Below, in pieces: positions 14,160 through 27,739 of a stretch of DNA of 64,000 nucleotides. The stretch's first letter is position 1. The number at the start of each line of letters is the position of its first letter. Origin of the DNA: Phoronis australis (lineage: Eukaryota; Animalia; Phoronida); assembly GCA_002633005.1 (NCBI GenBank), contig NMRA01000517.1, positions 171,301 to 235,300 on the forward strand, given 5' to 3'. The position numbers were made by a program, and so were the translations under genes. Below the pieces are notes generated by a model. It saw nothing but the letters and a program-made list of their open reading frames with translations. It ran no database searches and was not told the DNA's origin.

Positions 14160-15230
14160 TATTCAGATGTGAACCTCATCACTTTCTGAATGGAACACGG
14201 GCTTTTATGAGCACACATGACAGATGACGACAAATTTCGGATGGATACAACAACTGGTGTGTCCCGTAGTGGCAATCCTAGTTTTATATATTTACCTCTG
14301 TATCTTTAAAGCTCCTCAACATATTATGAAATTTGGCACATAACCATCTCTTAAGGAAGTGACATTATCCTCCCTGTATTTGAGGTATTTTGTTCCACCC
14401 AGTGGCCATTTTTACAGTTTTCGAGTCTGCCCCTTCTATCAAACAAACCATCCATAGAATGATTGTGAAAATTGTCATATGTGTTCTTAGTGTGAAGAGA
14501 ATGATGATGAAAATCTTCCGACGACTTTGACTACTTTGGCTCCTGCTAGTGGCAGTTTTGTTTTTTGTAGTGCCCATGGCTGTTTCTACTAAACCCATTG
14601 CCGGATCTCTATTAAATTTAGCAAGTGTATTTATATGAAGTTGACAACGGATGACGACGGCTTTCAGACGGATCCAACAAACGCTGTGCTCCCTAGTGGC
14701 AATTTCATTTTTTCCATTTTCCCGTTACTCTGAAATTCCTTGATGGATTTTTATGAAATTTGGTTAACAGCTTTCTATTACAGAAACGGTGTTTTTGGAT
14801 GATTTGACATATTTTACGCCATCTAAGGCCATTTTTATTGTTTCCTAGTATGTTTTTGGCATCCGCCCCTCTGCCAACCAAACCACTCAAAGCATAATTT
14901 TGAAAATTAGCATATATGTTCTTAGTGTGAAGAGGACGGTTAATGATGATTTTCCAATGACATCGAGTACCGTGGCAGTTTTGTTATTTGCGCCCATAGC
15001 TTATCTCCTAAACCCACTGCAGGATCTTGATTAATTTTAGTAATTGTAACACCGGGTGACCATGATTTTCTAATGAATCCATGCCCCCTAGTAGCAATTT
15101 AATTTTTTTGTTTTCCTCTTTTACTTCTAAGTTCCTTGACGGATTTTTATTGGATTTGGTAAATAGCTTTCTATTAAAGAAACAATGACATGTTCCCGTT
15201 TTGGGATGAATTCGACATATTTTGTGGTTT
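14160..15230 (-). mobile_element. Partial inverted copy of the HINE-like element
   Basis: CTAGTGGCAATTT and GGATTTTTATGAAATTTGG units are reverse complements of the internal units at 2188-4378. Confidence 0.7.
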
Positions 15231-18200
15231 TTTGAAGTGTTGTGTGGAAATACATCATACACTAAACCTAGCATACCTTCAAAAAACTGTGATTTTTAGT
15301 CCGCCGCATGAACATAATTTACATATAGTGAAACTTTTAGCTGGTAAGTCGCAACAACACCCAATTGTTTAAATACTGGTTTGGAAAGCCGGTAACTTGG
15401 ATATCACTGAAAGGATTGTTTTTAATCCTAAATATCCGTACCTGTTATTTTTCTGAAATTGCAAATTCCACTGGCGCACTGCCACCATGCTCGGCCGCTT
15501 TAGTGTTGTACAAGCATTGCGTGACCCTTTTGTATGTCCAACAGGACACTTCTGCTCGTATCCACCGTCCTCTTTTCATTTGTGATCTCGAAGATCTTGA
15601 TTAGTTTTAGTATGAACTTTGCTAATAGTTTGAGAGGACTTTTTCAAGCGCATATACAGGGATTTGTTCAGGAGGTCTGAAAATGGACCAGCGTGGGATT
15701 CTTAGTCAATTACGGTGTTTGAAAAGTGACTAAGCAATGGGTAATGGGCACCCTTAATAAGAATAAAACCTGCTTCTCTGAAGTATAAAATGGTGATGAG
15801 GGTTGTATTATTAACTCATTGAAATTGACTTTTTTGAGTTCTCTTTTCCTATAATAAATTTTTATTTTTGTACCAGCAAAACTGAAAATCCGCGAAGAAC
15901 CTCATACAGCTTCCCATGATCTCCTTTGTCACTGATGTAGCAAAACGAATGACATTTGTTCTATTTGGCATCTTGGCCGATAGATAATTGCACAATCGAG
16001 TAGCGCCTCCTAGAGTCTTATAATCAAACTGACAGTCACAGATTGGCAGAAAAGTGTGTGTTATGTAAAAAACTGACTGCACAAAAACTATGAAAGAGAC
16101 AAGATTTTTTATTCTTGCGTTGGGCGGAACAAAGACAGCAGTAACAGACGGAAGTTAACTCATGTTCCAAAAGAATCCAATATAGATTTGGGAGAGCGAT
16201 AAAAATGCGTAAAAATGGCCTTAATAATAAGCAGTGAAAGTGACATTTTTGTAGGCTAAAATGTGAGGACATAAAAAATCAATAAATCCATCCGAACTAA
16301 TTTTTCTTGTATGTTACTCTTTTTTCTTTCTGCTATGCAGTTATTTTTTCTATAGCATGAAGCGATGTGTTGTTGCTCACAAAAAGTCATCTACTTCCCA
16401 GTACTTTTATTTGCTATTTTTCAGAAAACGTACAAAGCGGTCGTAAAAAAGGTTAAAAAAACTCAGATACTCTTAAAATCTCAGTCTCAGGTGTCTTTTG
16501 ACAAGGCCAGCTGATGTGGTAAGTTTCAAAAAATTGGTGATTTTGCATACATAGCCCACCATCTGGTTTTTATATAGAATTGCTCTTAAATAGTCTCAAG
16601 TGGGTGGAGTATGCTCAAACTATTTTTTACTTTTACTTTTACTTTTATAGACTTAAGTGCTTAAACCTGAAATAGAAGCAAAAACAGAAGTAGTCGCTTT
16701 ATAACAACGATTAGTATATTATTTGGACATATTATCAAGTTATAAACTCGTATTATTGAGTCAATAATTCTCAATATTGATTACTCATATCTTCATACTG
16801 ACCGCTGCTACGGTAACACGATTTTTTTGCTACAAAGCAATGCAGATCTCACTCAGTTTGATAATCCCGGGAACTCCCCATATCCAGGCCAGTAGTTTAC
16901 CACTACGCCACCTGCATGACACTGAGCTCCAAAGTATTTTAAGCCTTTTCATGACATCCACAGGCTGAAGTCATATAATTTATGTATCATGTGGACGCAA
17001 ATCTGCACCAATGTATGGCAGTTCATAGCATCACACTAATGTACTAAAGTGCATTTTCGAAGGATAAAAAATATTAGTTATAGCTGAAAAATTCCAAAAG
17101 ATGTCATTTGATTAGACTTCAGCGCTGAGCGTATCAAACACTGAACATGCGATAACATTAACATAACCAAATGAAGTTTGTTGATTGCTTTGCATTAAAA
17201 TCTAAAACTTTACACGAGCAAAACATTCCCACAACATAGCCAATTGTTCCATTATCCATTCCTTACTTTTTTGAAAATTTACACATTTGTGCAAGAAAAC
17301 AGGTAGCTGACTGACCAACGGGTGATCGACATACAATCAAAAACAGGCAGCAGATTGACTAATAAATGATGGACACACAATCAAAAGTCAACACACAGTC
17401 TCCCTCTATGGGTTACTTAGAGGATGAAATCGCATAACATTAGCCTCGGTCATTATCACATTTTTGGAATCAGAATACCAACACATTAACCTTGGTGGCA
17501 GACCATTTTCACAGGACATATGACTGAACAATGAGGACATATTTATAGGGCCTTCCAAACTAACGTCGACGGGTCGATGTTTTGGGGAGTTGCGGTCAGT
17601 ATGAACGGTTAACTTTGGTCCTGGATCAAAGTTAACAGCGCCAGGCCTTTATCCAGGATTTCGAAAATGGGGTTCCCAATATTCCAGAGCCTCCCTGATT
17701 CCAATGACGTGCAAGTCTAATCCCCCACCCCCACGACCGTTCACCAGCAATACCCCTATACACAGACGAAGGTTTTTTACAAAAAAATGCGTAGACCACG
17801 GTTTTTACACCTAAGTTTACCAAACAGCCCGCTGTAGTGAGCTTTTTTACTTAACAACTGTGTAGACAAAGACTTTTACAACTAAATTGACGAAAACAGG
17901 CAAGTAGCTTACCAAACAGACATATTGGTTAAATGATGAGAGCACAATGTTTTTGGTGATCTCGAGTCAAATTGTTGTTATAAAGTTTGTCATACCATCT
18001 TAATTAGCTTCAATATTCTGTAAAATGAGTCATCAGAACTGCAGTTACACAACAAGAAAAATGTGCATATGAAGTGATTTATATTTTGGCAAAAGGTGTC
18101 ACTGTTCCTCAACATTAAAATCTTAAAACACACAATGAAAAGCATGAAACAAGTGCAAACTCAAAAATTTTAAATGGGCATATTCTTGTGGCACAATATA

Positions 18201-18311
18201 GTATTAAAATAATGACATTTATACCACAATTTTAGCCTCAAATGGCAGATGCAATCATGTAATAACCCATAAAGTTATCTCACTATTGAGAAAACATTTT
18301 GGCGGGAAACC

Positions 18312-18381
18312 GAAGCCAGATTCGAACCCGGGTCTCAAGAGTGTCGAGTCGCCGTCTTTACCACTACACCACTCAGCGGCT
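18312..18381 (-). mobile_element. tRNA-derived head (SINE-like or pseudo-tRNA)
   Basis: Minus strand has A-box TGGTGTAGTGG and B-box GGTTCGAATC at tRNA-like spacing, but the acceptor and T stems pair poorly. Confidence 0.6.
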
Positions 18382-18923
18382 GACGTCATAGAACGTGAAA
18401 ATAGAATACTTAAATGAGCACACGCAACAATCACATGTTCAGCCAAGGGCATTGCACAGACATTTATACGCTATGAAACATAAGACGCATAATTTCCGTA
18501 AAAACGATATTTTATCAGTGAAATTTTTCTCTCGTGTTCTCTTACTTGTAAATCACCGATCTCCAATTTGAATGCGGGTATCGTGTCGTCAGGATCCTTT
18601 TACTTGAGCATTATAGTCAGTTACTAATGGCAACCTACTTTAGCAGACGATATTTTCCCGGTCGAAGCTTAACGTAATAAAATGTGTAGCAAGCTATAAT
18701 AGTTGATAAATCTCAATTTATAGATTCACTTTATTTCTATTTTATTTAAATTTTCAATTGGTTTTGAGTATAAGCATTATTTGACAAAAATAGCTCGGCT
18801 TTTCTTAAAAGGTCACGACCTCCGACACCGGGCCTCTGACACAGAAAGTAGTTACAAAGCCGAGTTGAGTTGAGAAAGGTAGATCAATTCAGTGCAATGT
18901 TTCTCGTTCAGTATGTGGTATGA

Positions 18924-19087
18924 ATAGATTATTACATGTTCTCAGTCGTTGGCCCCCTTATCTCGAGCCCTCGTGGATTTTGGAGAATTATCACCCCCTG
19001 GGCTAACGCCCCTCGGGAGATAATTCTACAAAATCCACTCGGGCTCTAGATAACGGGGGATAACGACTTTGCCATGTAATGATCTAT
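18924..19087. mobile_element. Palindromic (fold-back) MITE, about 165 bp
   Basis: ATAGATTATTACATG...GAGCCCTCGTGGATTTTGGAGAATTATC / GATAATTCTACAAAATCCACTCGGGCTC...CATGTAATGATCTAT form one long imperfect hairpin. Confidence 0.85.
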
Positions 19088-21619
19088 ATTTATTTCGCTT
19101 TTATGTTTATAAAAAAGATGAAAATCATGAAATTACAGCTCTGAAAAACCAGTTTGGACTTATACTAATGTAGGAACTTTATAGTAATGAACACAGAGCT
19201 AACGCCGCAAGGAGCCAGCAGTGGAAGAAACGTTGACAACCAAACATGTGCTAATATGCCTGAAAGGTGTTGGATACTGAATGCTTTCAACCAAGTTGTA
19301 AATTTCTTGCTACTTTGGAGCTGTCTTCCCTTCAACTATGTGCTTGGGCTTCATAGTCACCATTACAATGTGTGTCCAAACTTTAAAGTTTCCAATTGCC
19401 AGTGGCGTCCAAATGATACATTGGGCGTCCTTGCCAGGGCATCCAGATAAGTGCTAAGGTGTCCATTTAGACGCACAGGACGTACGATGCATAAAGACCT
19501 GAACAGCGCCAGTTAACATCACAGTAAACAGGTAGATTTAACAGTGGAGCGTCGCGCTCCGTGCAACATGAACGGTCAACTTGAGTCCCACCGAAGTTAT
19601 CGCCAGGTGCCAATGTTATCAACAATTAAAGGGTAGTGTCGTCGCTAATAAATGCTTATAGTTTGCTCAAATAATCACCAATCTATTTAAAAATAAGTTT
19701 TCTGTCAATTACCACAATATATATGTTCCAAAATTGTCACATTCAAGTCCTTGTCTCAAAATGCCAATGTGGTTCGAGTATTCGAAAATACTTACAAAAT
19801 AAAATCTTATTTTCTATACCCTTTCATTATGTTCATTTCGCCTTTCTTGCCCAAATCGGTTTTTAACAGTATTTGACCCTTGTTTGTGAGCGTATGATTA
19901 CTGGTTGTCATCGATTATTTCCGTACCCACATTTCCGGCTCATCAGTTCAGGAACTTGTCCTGAAAGCCGCCAGTTTTTCCTTATAACTGAATGTGCTAT
20001 TGCTTGCTCGAAAAGTCTTCATTATTTTGTTTTATTAGTAATATCTCGTGAATCGTTTGTTTTTCGATTAAATTTTTTTTCATTTTAAAAAAGTACTTTG
20101 CTATCATCAGAAAGGTAGTGCATTCTACTCCGTAAAAATCGAAAAAGTACCAAAATTGGGGCAAGCAGTGTAAAGTTATTGCAATTTTTGTGGTGAAATT
20201 TGGGTCACTTTGTTTGGATTGCGTAGGTCATATTGGAGAACAGCGAGATAAGTTACGAGTTTAAAACTTTGTGTAAATTGTTTTCGCCAACAATTTATGG
20301 TCAAATTTAGTGACACATATACTTTCTTACTATTCTGCATGATTCAACAGTTTTCACCAAATTTCAGCCTCACAGTTGTTATTTACCATTAGTGATAAAT
20401 GTGCTCACAATTCATTTCTGGCGACACTGACAAAATGGCGACTTTTGCTGAACTGAAAGACATTTTCAACCAGCTACTTTGTAATTTGTGAAGATTTAAC
20501 GTTGATACATTTTGGCAAAGCTGCTACAAAAAAGGAACTTTGTTCATTTTTTCGTATTTCTGTAAAAAATATGAGATATATTGAAATTATTTTACTGTGA
20601 ATTTCCCATTCAGGTGATCTTACTCTAAGCTAAAAAAATAGTTGAAATAATTTTGAAATATATGATCTTACTCTAAGCTAAAAAAATAGTTGAAATAATT
20701 TTGAAGTGGTTTTTTGTTTGACTGTCAACTGCTGTTCAAGGCTTGATTCGGTGTCACAAACTGATTCATATTTTTCTAAATTTTAAGTCTCAATTGCTTT
20801 CAAGTCATGTTTTGTAACTGCTTTCTCAATTCAGGTTATAGTCAACAATATGAAAAACCTAAACTAGAGCAATAAGCTATGTTGGTTTGTGAAGCTTCAA
20901 GCCTCCAATTCTTGTTCCTTGCAACTTCATATTTTTTAAATCCTGGTTGCCAAATTCTGGTGTAAGGAAACGCTATTCGTTCTCCATGGTAACAGTTAGA
21001 TGTATGTCCACTTTCATATCATGGAAACTTGTGCTGTTGGATGCATACATGTTGTAAAGTATTGTGCATTTTAAGTTACTTATCGTAAAAGGTTGAATGA
21101 TTTTGGCTTAATGAATAAAAAATGATAACATTTTGTATTAGACTTGTCATACTTATGTGCTCGAAAGAGCCCCCTATTTGGAGAAATGGAAAAAGGTTTG
21201 CCTCAGTCAGAGAAGCACGAACTCCGAAAAAAGTAGAAAACGAGACAAAAGTCCACTAGAAGACAAGAAGTACCAAAATTTAGCGTCTGCAATTCATAGC
21301 TCTGAATGTACCCAGTGAATCTTATAGTAAAAGGTAGATATTCCCAAAAATTCCAGCCCCCACCCCCATTTTTTTAGGCTTGGTGCGCTCATGCAAAGTC
21401 TGGCAAATCTCTGTTGAAAGCTAACAACTTTGCACAGTTCGCCAGAAAAACCCAAGTTCTAAATAAACCTCGTTTGAGCGAGCGCTGTGACAAGGTAGGC
21501 CTAAGGGTAGCCTTGGTGCTAAGCTGTATAGGCCTACTAACAAAGATGTATTTTGACGATAGTCTTCATTGGTAGCTGGCACTGAGGCTAGCTAAGGGCT
21601 GCCGCGGCAGTGTGACACA

Positions 21620-22148
21620 GGACTAACCAGCTCGTAATTTTATGCAAGTGTCTGAAACTACTTTGAATATATACGGCATTTATGATTTGAACACTTTACT
21701 TCGACAAAACAGCTTGCAACCGCATGCCTTTACCATTCGCCAGTGTCTGGTCTCGATCCGCACCGGGTCCGATAGGCTGTGGTCCCGAGTCTGGCAAAAT
21801 AATTTCTGTCAAAATTTATACGCCACATTTCTTCAGCAAATTCAATAAAATTGTTGGTATTTTAATTTATTAAAATTATTTTCCCCTCTTTTGCAGGCTG
21901 GTAACAGGCACTGCTCCAGTCGCACTGACGGCGTCTTCTTAGCCTGGGTTCCTGAATGAATTGTACTTACGGGTTCGCAGTAAGTTCAAAATGGCGGTGT
22001 GCTCTTCGGGTGCAAGTCGTGAGTGGCGCTTTTATTTAAGCTTTATTCGATTACGGATTGTGTATTAGTTATGGGGTAGGTACTTCTTGGATCCTTATAA
22101 CATTCTCTAACCATGTAGTAAGGGTTAACAATATGTGCTTCTTGGACT
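21620..22148 (+). mobile_element. Dispersed repeat with TTAA-flanked (Kolobok-like) terminus
   Basis: Inverted homolog at 48010-48560. Both copies end ...GTGCTTCT(T/A)GGACT|TTAA. Confidence 0.7.
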
Positions 22149-24156
22149 TTAAAAAAATCTTAGCATGCAGCGCTACCTTGCAATTACTTTGATGACAACA
22201 GCGTCACATATTGTTTACTTCGATTTCCGTTAACTACTGAAGTCGGTATGAACGGTTTACTTAACTTCATGATTTACGTCAACCAGAATAAAGTCAACAT
22301 GAAAAAGGGCCTCATGTGTCTAGTACAAGAAACAAGCTTTATTTTATGACAGTTATATTGAGAGCTACACCAGATGGCAGCTTGTACCAAGAAGATATAA
22401 TGTGACTTATTCAGTTTTAAGTGGTGTCGTTAAACAGACAATGAAAATTTAATTATTGCCAGTTTGTCACGTAAAGTCATGATGTCAATAACTACACTTA
22501 GCCGCCAATAGAAAAACTATTGAGTACTTCCGTAACTCACCGGCAATTTCCATACCGTCCTTGACCTCGACGGGCCCAGGGTGGAAGTGTGTGGGGGCTT
22601 CTTGTGAACATTTTTGTTCTTTGACTGCGAATTTCTTACGAAGTCGCCGTAACAGGACACCGTGAATGGTATTGGGAGAAAGAACAATTCTTCATGGTTT
22701 GTTGAACCCCTGTTTTGTGTAAATTTATTGAGTTTTATGTTTGCTATCGACCGCTGAAGTGAAGCACCCGTGGAATTTCAAGTCCGAAGTGTCATAACTT
22801 GTAGTATTATATGTAGTATATTGGGGACAATCAGAAGCTGAGGACGCCTTGTTTTGAATGCGGTAACAACAAGTTGGTTTACCGACAACGAGTTGGACTA
22901 ACAGTGGAAAAAGCAAGTTCAAAATTTTTGAAAATTCACAAAATTTAAGTAGCAATGTCACGATAAATAGTACTGAAAATTCTTAAATTAAAATACTACT
23001 TGTGAGGAAATCACAACAGATGCTAGCAACACATTCTCAGGAACATCACATTGACAATGTCATTGTGGTGTGTCTATCCAGGTACAGAGTTGTCTTCTAT
23101 CGCTATCTTCATCCATTTTCTCTTAGCTGACACCATTCGAAAGTTCAAGAAAATATATTTCATAACATTTGAGTAATCTTCTCCAGAAATACCACAGATT
23201 GTACATGAAATTAGAAAGAATGTGAAACGGTGTCGAATATGGTACACTTACATTACTACGCTACTTATTTACGGACAGGTTACGTGACTAGGGGCCGGTG
23301 GCCTGTTCATATGGAATAAATCTATCGTACATATAATGTGACTGATGAAAGAGACGCCCCGACAACTAAACCAGAGACGGAAACGTGTTCACGAAAAACT
23401 AGTTTTCAGTGAAATTGAAAACAGAAAAGTCGAGCATTGAATGGATTTGAGAGAAACAAGAACATTAACATGTAAACAAAACAGCAAACTCACCACAAAA
23501 CCAGAATCAGACAGTCAGTTTATCGCCTACTGTCTTTTCCCAAAGAAGCACGAGACAACCGAACTGTAAAAATTAAGAAATTTCACAAAATGACATTACA
23601 TCTGAAAGCACTGAACACAACTGTGCAGGGAATATGGCGAGAAGTGTTGTGATGTCATCAGAAATCGTGTTGTAGTAATGACGTAGCCGATGTACCGGCT
23701 AGTATCTCAGCCTTACAAAAGATGTCAGTCTGATGTCGATACGAGCAGCTGGTGGCATCATAGACTATGGTGGCATCTGCGGTTTGACTAGCTTGAAAAG
23801 CGGGACTGACATCCGCGGGATGAAAGGCGAGGACTTTATTTCTATTCCGAAGCGTGGCAGATGTTGTGCAGTAACACCAAAGATACTATAAAATCTTTGG
23901 TAACACTCGAAAACGTCCTATTGGTGATTTTTTTGTTTTTTTAATAGAGCGGGAAAATACGAGTGCCCATGCGCCGCCAAAAATGGTCCAGTCGTTTTGC
24001 GCCGGAAACGGTCCGGAAATAGAGTTACTACATGGCCGCACGACGACGGACAGTGATTGCGTCAAGCAAGTGGGACATTTTGGTGGTGTGGCGGGGGAGC
24101 CAGTTGGCAACTAAGGGACAAGGGCCACCCTTTTCATTGCAAAATTCCTCAATCCA

Positions 24157-24993
24157 ATATTCATGACGGCGACATCCCGTTGCTCCCAACTTGTTCGAAT
24201 CTATAGCCCAACAACAAGTTGGAAAGTTTACCCCCTTAACCAATATCTTACACGACTGATTGACTCCATTCTGGCGAAAAGTTACTGAACGACAGAACGC
24301 TGTTAGCTCAGCCATTCATGAGACGTACCCGGTCCGGCGCTTCCTCTGCCTAAGATCGCCAACTGTTGCCGATATGTCTGTCTACGCATAAGGAAAGTGA
24401 CCGTTGGGTACTCGGATCAGTAAGCGAAGGCCATTATAGCGTTCTGTCGTTCAGTAACTTTTCCAGACGTGAGGGGTGATGAACGTGCAATAACATCTAG
24501 CTCTTTTGTTAACTGCCCAGCTCAGTCTTTTCTCCCGTATGATAACAAGCAGGCTTCAAAGGAAACGTACCAGGTGGTTGCACGCTGTTTGGCGAACGCG
24601 TATGAACACAGTCAAACCCAGTGCGTTGGTAATCCGTTTGGACAGAATAGTGTTGTAGTTCTTTTGGGCGATTTTGGTGATTCAAAAACGGAACATGATC
24701 AGCATTTGAAGAGGAATTCATAAATGCTATTGGTTTAAGCTCAAATGTATTATAACTTAACTTCCATTTTATCAGCCCAGCCCAGTCAGGCTAGATTGGC
24801 CTAAGACCTGATCGGAAATAATTAGAGCAATTATCGAACAAAAGAGCGCCGGCCTTCCAACCATAAATGCCAGAATGGAGTTAATCTCGTGTAAGGTATT
24901 AGCTACTGGGGTAAACTTCCAACTTGTTGTTGGGCTATAGAATCGAACAAGTTGGGAGCCAGGGGGCAACGAGGTGTCGCCGTCATGCAATAT
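24157..24993. mobile_element. MITE with long TIRs and an internal inverted repeat
   Basis: 24157-24233 is an inverted match to 24908-24993 (CATGACGGCGACA...CAACAACAAGTTGGAA...TTTACCCC). Inner perfect 26-bp IR at 24276-24301 / 24438-24463. Confidence 0.8.
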
Positions 24994-26777
24994 ACCTAAC
25001 CGAGACAGTATATAGAGATAGTGTTCAGTTACCTCACGAAGTGTGCTTTAATTAACGAATTGCAATTACTATTGCACACCCAACCGGACGCGCCCTTATC
25101 ACGAACACCGGAAAGTGACAATTTCACGCCTGCGCGGCACTTCCACCGTGCCCGCACTGGTTGCGCCGGTGTTTATGATAAGACTTCATATCTCCAAAGT
25201 TTCATCAAGATGACACTTTTTAAAATAATCATAAAGAAGCAAACCGGTAAATACTCACAATGGCTGTCATGAACGTAACCATGACGATGGCTAGCGACAG
25301 TGACTTCAGTTGAGGTTACTTTTTCGACGGTATAACTTAAGTTACAAAACGTAAGCAGCTATAAATCCTATATAGTTACGCCCGAGAAGTAAACATTTTG
25401 ATTTAAACCACCCTGTCTGCTCAGTGGCTTATCATATTAGTCGGATGAGAAATGATTTTTGTGTTTGTTAAGAAGTCGGGGCCCCGCATAAAATGACGTC
25501 ACGCTTGCTGGTAGATAGCGAACTGTCAGTTCTTCCAAAGTCACGCCCAATTTGACTAAAAGTTACAACGATGAGTTGTTTACCAAACATTTCTTTATGC
25601 GATGACTTAGCGTGCAAAACGATCCCATTTCAGTGTCGTCAAGTGTGCTTCGTAAAACATAAAGAATTATTGCGCGCGGCGTGGCGGTAAACTCTACCAG
25701 TGTTTTGAAGCACAGGTAACTTAGAAAAAAGAACACTGACTCACCCTTTAGTCAAATCTTTAGGTAAACGGGTGGCGTAATTAAAAACAGGAAACTGGAA
25801 GTCCTTTATTTTGCAAGTCTTTGTAATGATTAGACCTCAGTTCATTTCGTAATTACATCCGGTCAGTTCCCAACTACCCCTGTACAACATAATTACACAT
25901 TCGCTTCATAAATACACCCGTAGTTCATAACTACACCTGTACAACATAATTACACATTCGCTTCATAAATACACCCGTAGTTCATAACTACACCTGTACA
26001 ACATAATTACACATTCGCTTCATAANAGTTCTTCCAAAGTCACGCCCAATTTGACTAAAAGTTACAACGATGAGTTGTCTACCAAACATTTCTTTATGCG
26101 ATGACAGCGTGCAAAACGATCCCATTTCAGTGTCGTCAAGTGTGCTTCGTAAAACATAAAGAATTATTGCGCGCGGCGTGGCGGTAAACTCGACCAGTGT
26201 TTTGAAGCACAGCCGGGTAACTTAGAAAAAAGAACACTGACTCACCCTTTAGTCAAATCTTTAGGTAAACGGGTGGCGTAATTAAAAACAGGAAACTGGA
26301 AATCCTTTATTTTGCAGTCTTTGTAATGATTAGACCTCAGTTCATTTCGTAATTACATCCGGTCAGTTCCCAACTACCCCTGTACAACATAATTACACAT
26401 TCGCTTCATAAATACACCCGTAGTTCATAACTACACCTGCAATCCTACACCTACAATACATCCTCACTTCATAATTATACCGTCAGTTCATAACTACCGG
26501 GTGACCTTGAGTTCATGATTAAACTTTCACTTCATAATCATGACATCACTTCAAAATTACACTTTCGCTTCAATTACATCTTCGCTTCACAATTACACCT
26601 TCAATTCAGTACACTTCATAATTACACCTTCGGCTTCATAATTTAGTATACTTCGGCAGCCTCTCTGGTGCATAGTTTTAGGTTCATGTTGATTTCAATG
26701 AGATTTTGAGAAGAGAATAAGACGAGTTCCCAGTGCTGTTGCCTATTGTAAAAATTTTTACACAGCGACTTCGTTGT

Positions 26778-27025
26778 GTTGTCCTTACCGGCACTAGGCT
26801 AATACCATACGTTATGTTGTCCTTACCGGCACTTAGGCTAATACCATACGTTATGTTGTCCTTACCGGCACTAGGCTCATACCATACGTTATGTTGTCCT
26901 TACCGGCACTAGGCTAATACCATACGTTATGTTGTCCTTACCGGCACTAGGTTAATACCATACGTTATGTTGTCCTTACCGGCACTTAGGCTAATACCAT
27001 GCGTTATGTTGTCCTTACCGGCACT
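26778..27025. repeat. 40-41-bp minisatellite x6
   Basis: GTTGTCCTTACCGGCACT(T)AGGCTAATACCATACGTTAT repeats. Confidence 0.95.
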
Positions 27026-27739
27026 ATTATTTTCCTGCAGGCAGATTATTTTGACATTTTCACCCCTGTTTCCATGGTCAGCGAATTTATTAGGGCAACT
27101 TTTTCGTTACATAAATCGTCAATTAGCATAATTTTTTGTACATTAGGGCCGCTATTATTCAAAATTCTTGTGCATACACCTATACTGTACAAGGCACCAC
27201 AGATGAACTATCATGATATTTGAGCCTATGTTCCTATAGTCAATTACGTTAAAGAAATCAGTTGGCATGTTGTTGCATGACAAGTTTGTATAATTATTGA
27301 AATTTGCATAATTTATGCAAATTAAGGCCGCCATTATTCAAAATAGTGTGCTTTTAGCTGGGGTATTATCACCACAGGTAAACTATTATGATATTTGAAT
27401 CTATGTACCTATGGTCAATTAGGATACTAAAATCAGTTTTCAAATTGCATGATCAATTTGCATAAGTTATGAAAATAAAGGCGGGTATTATTAAAAATTC
27501 TGTTTCTCACCTGCTCGTATCTTTCTCCGTCACGGGAGCACTACATGTAGATTATTTTGATATTTGTACTCATGAATTTAATGCAATCTGTCATCACATC
27601 ATAAACATAATTAATCAGTAATTAAGTACGCAACATTACAAATTCTATTTTTTTCTAATACCCAATAGATGACCGAATTGTTTAACTGCATAAGCCCAGG
27701 ACAACAATCTATCGAATGAAGAACAATCACAAGATGTTT

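Larger units (their letters stand above)
17642..19501 (-). mobile_element. Longer inverted copy of the hAT MITE family, with nested inserts
   Basis: Ends CAGGCCTTTATCCAG ... GATGCATAAAGACCTG. 8-bp TSD AACAGCGC at 17634-17641 and 19502-19509. Both ends match the 5094-5585 element in reverse. Confidence 0.88.

Noticed and set aside
18312-18381. Functional tRNA gene
   Set aside because: A and B boxes are present, but the acceptor, anticodon and T stems pair poorly and it lies inside a transposon.
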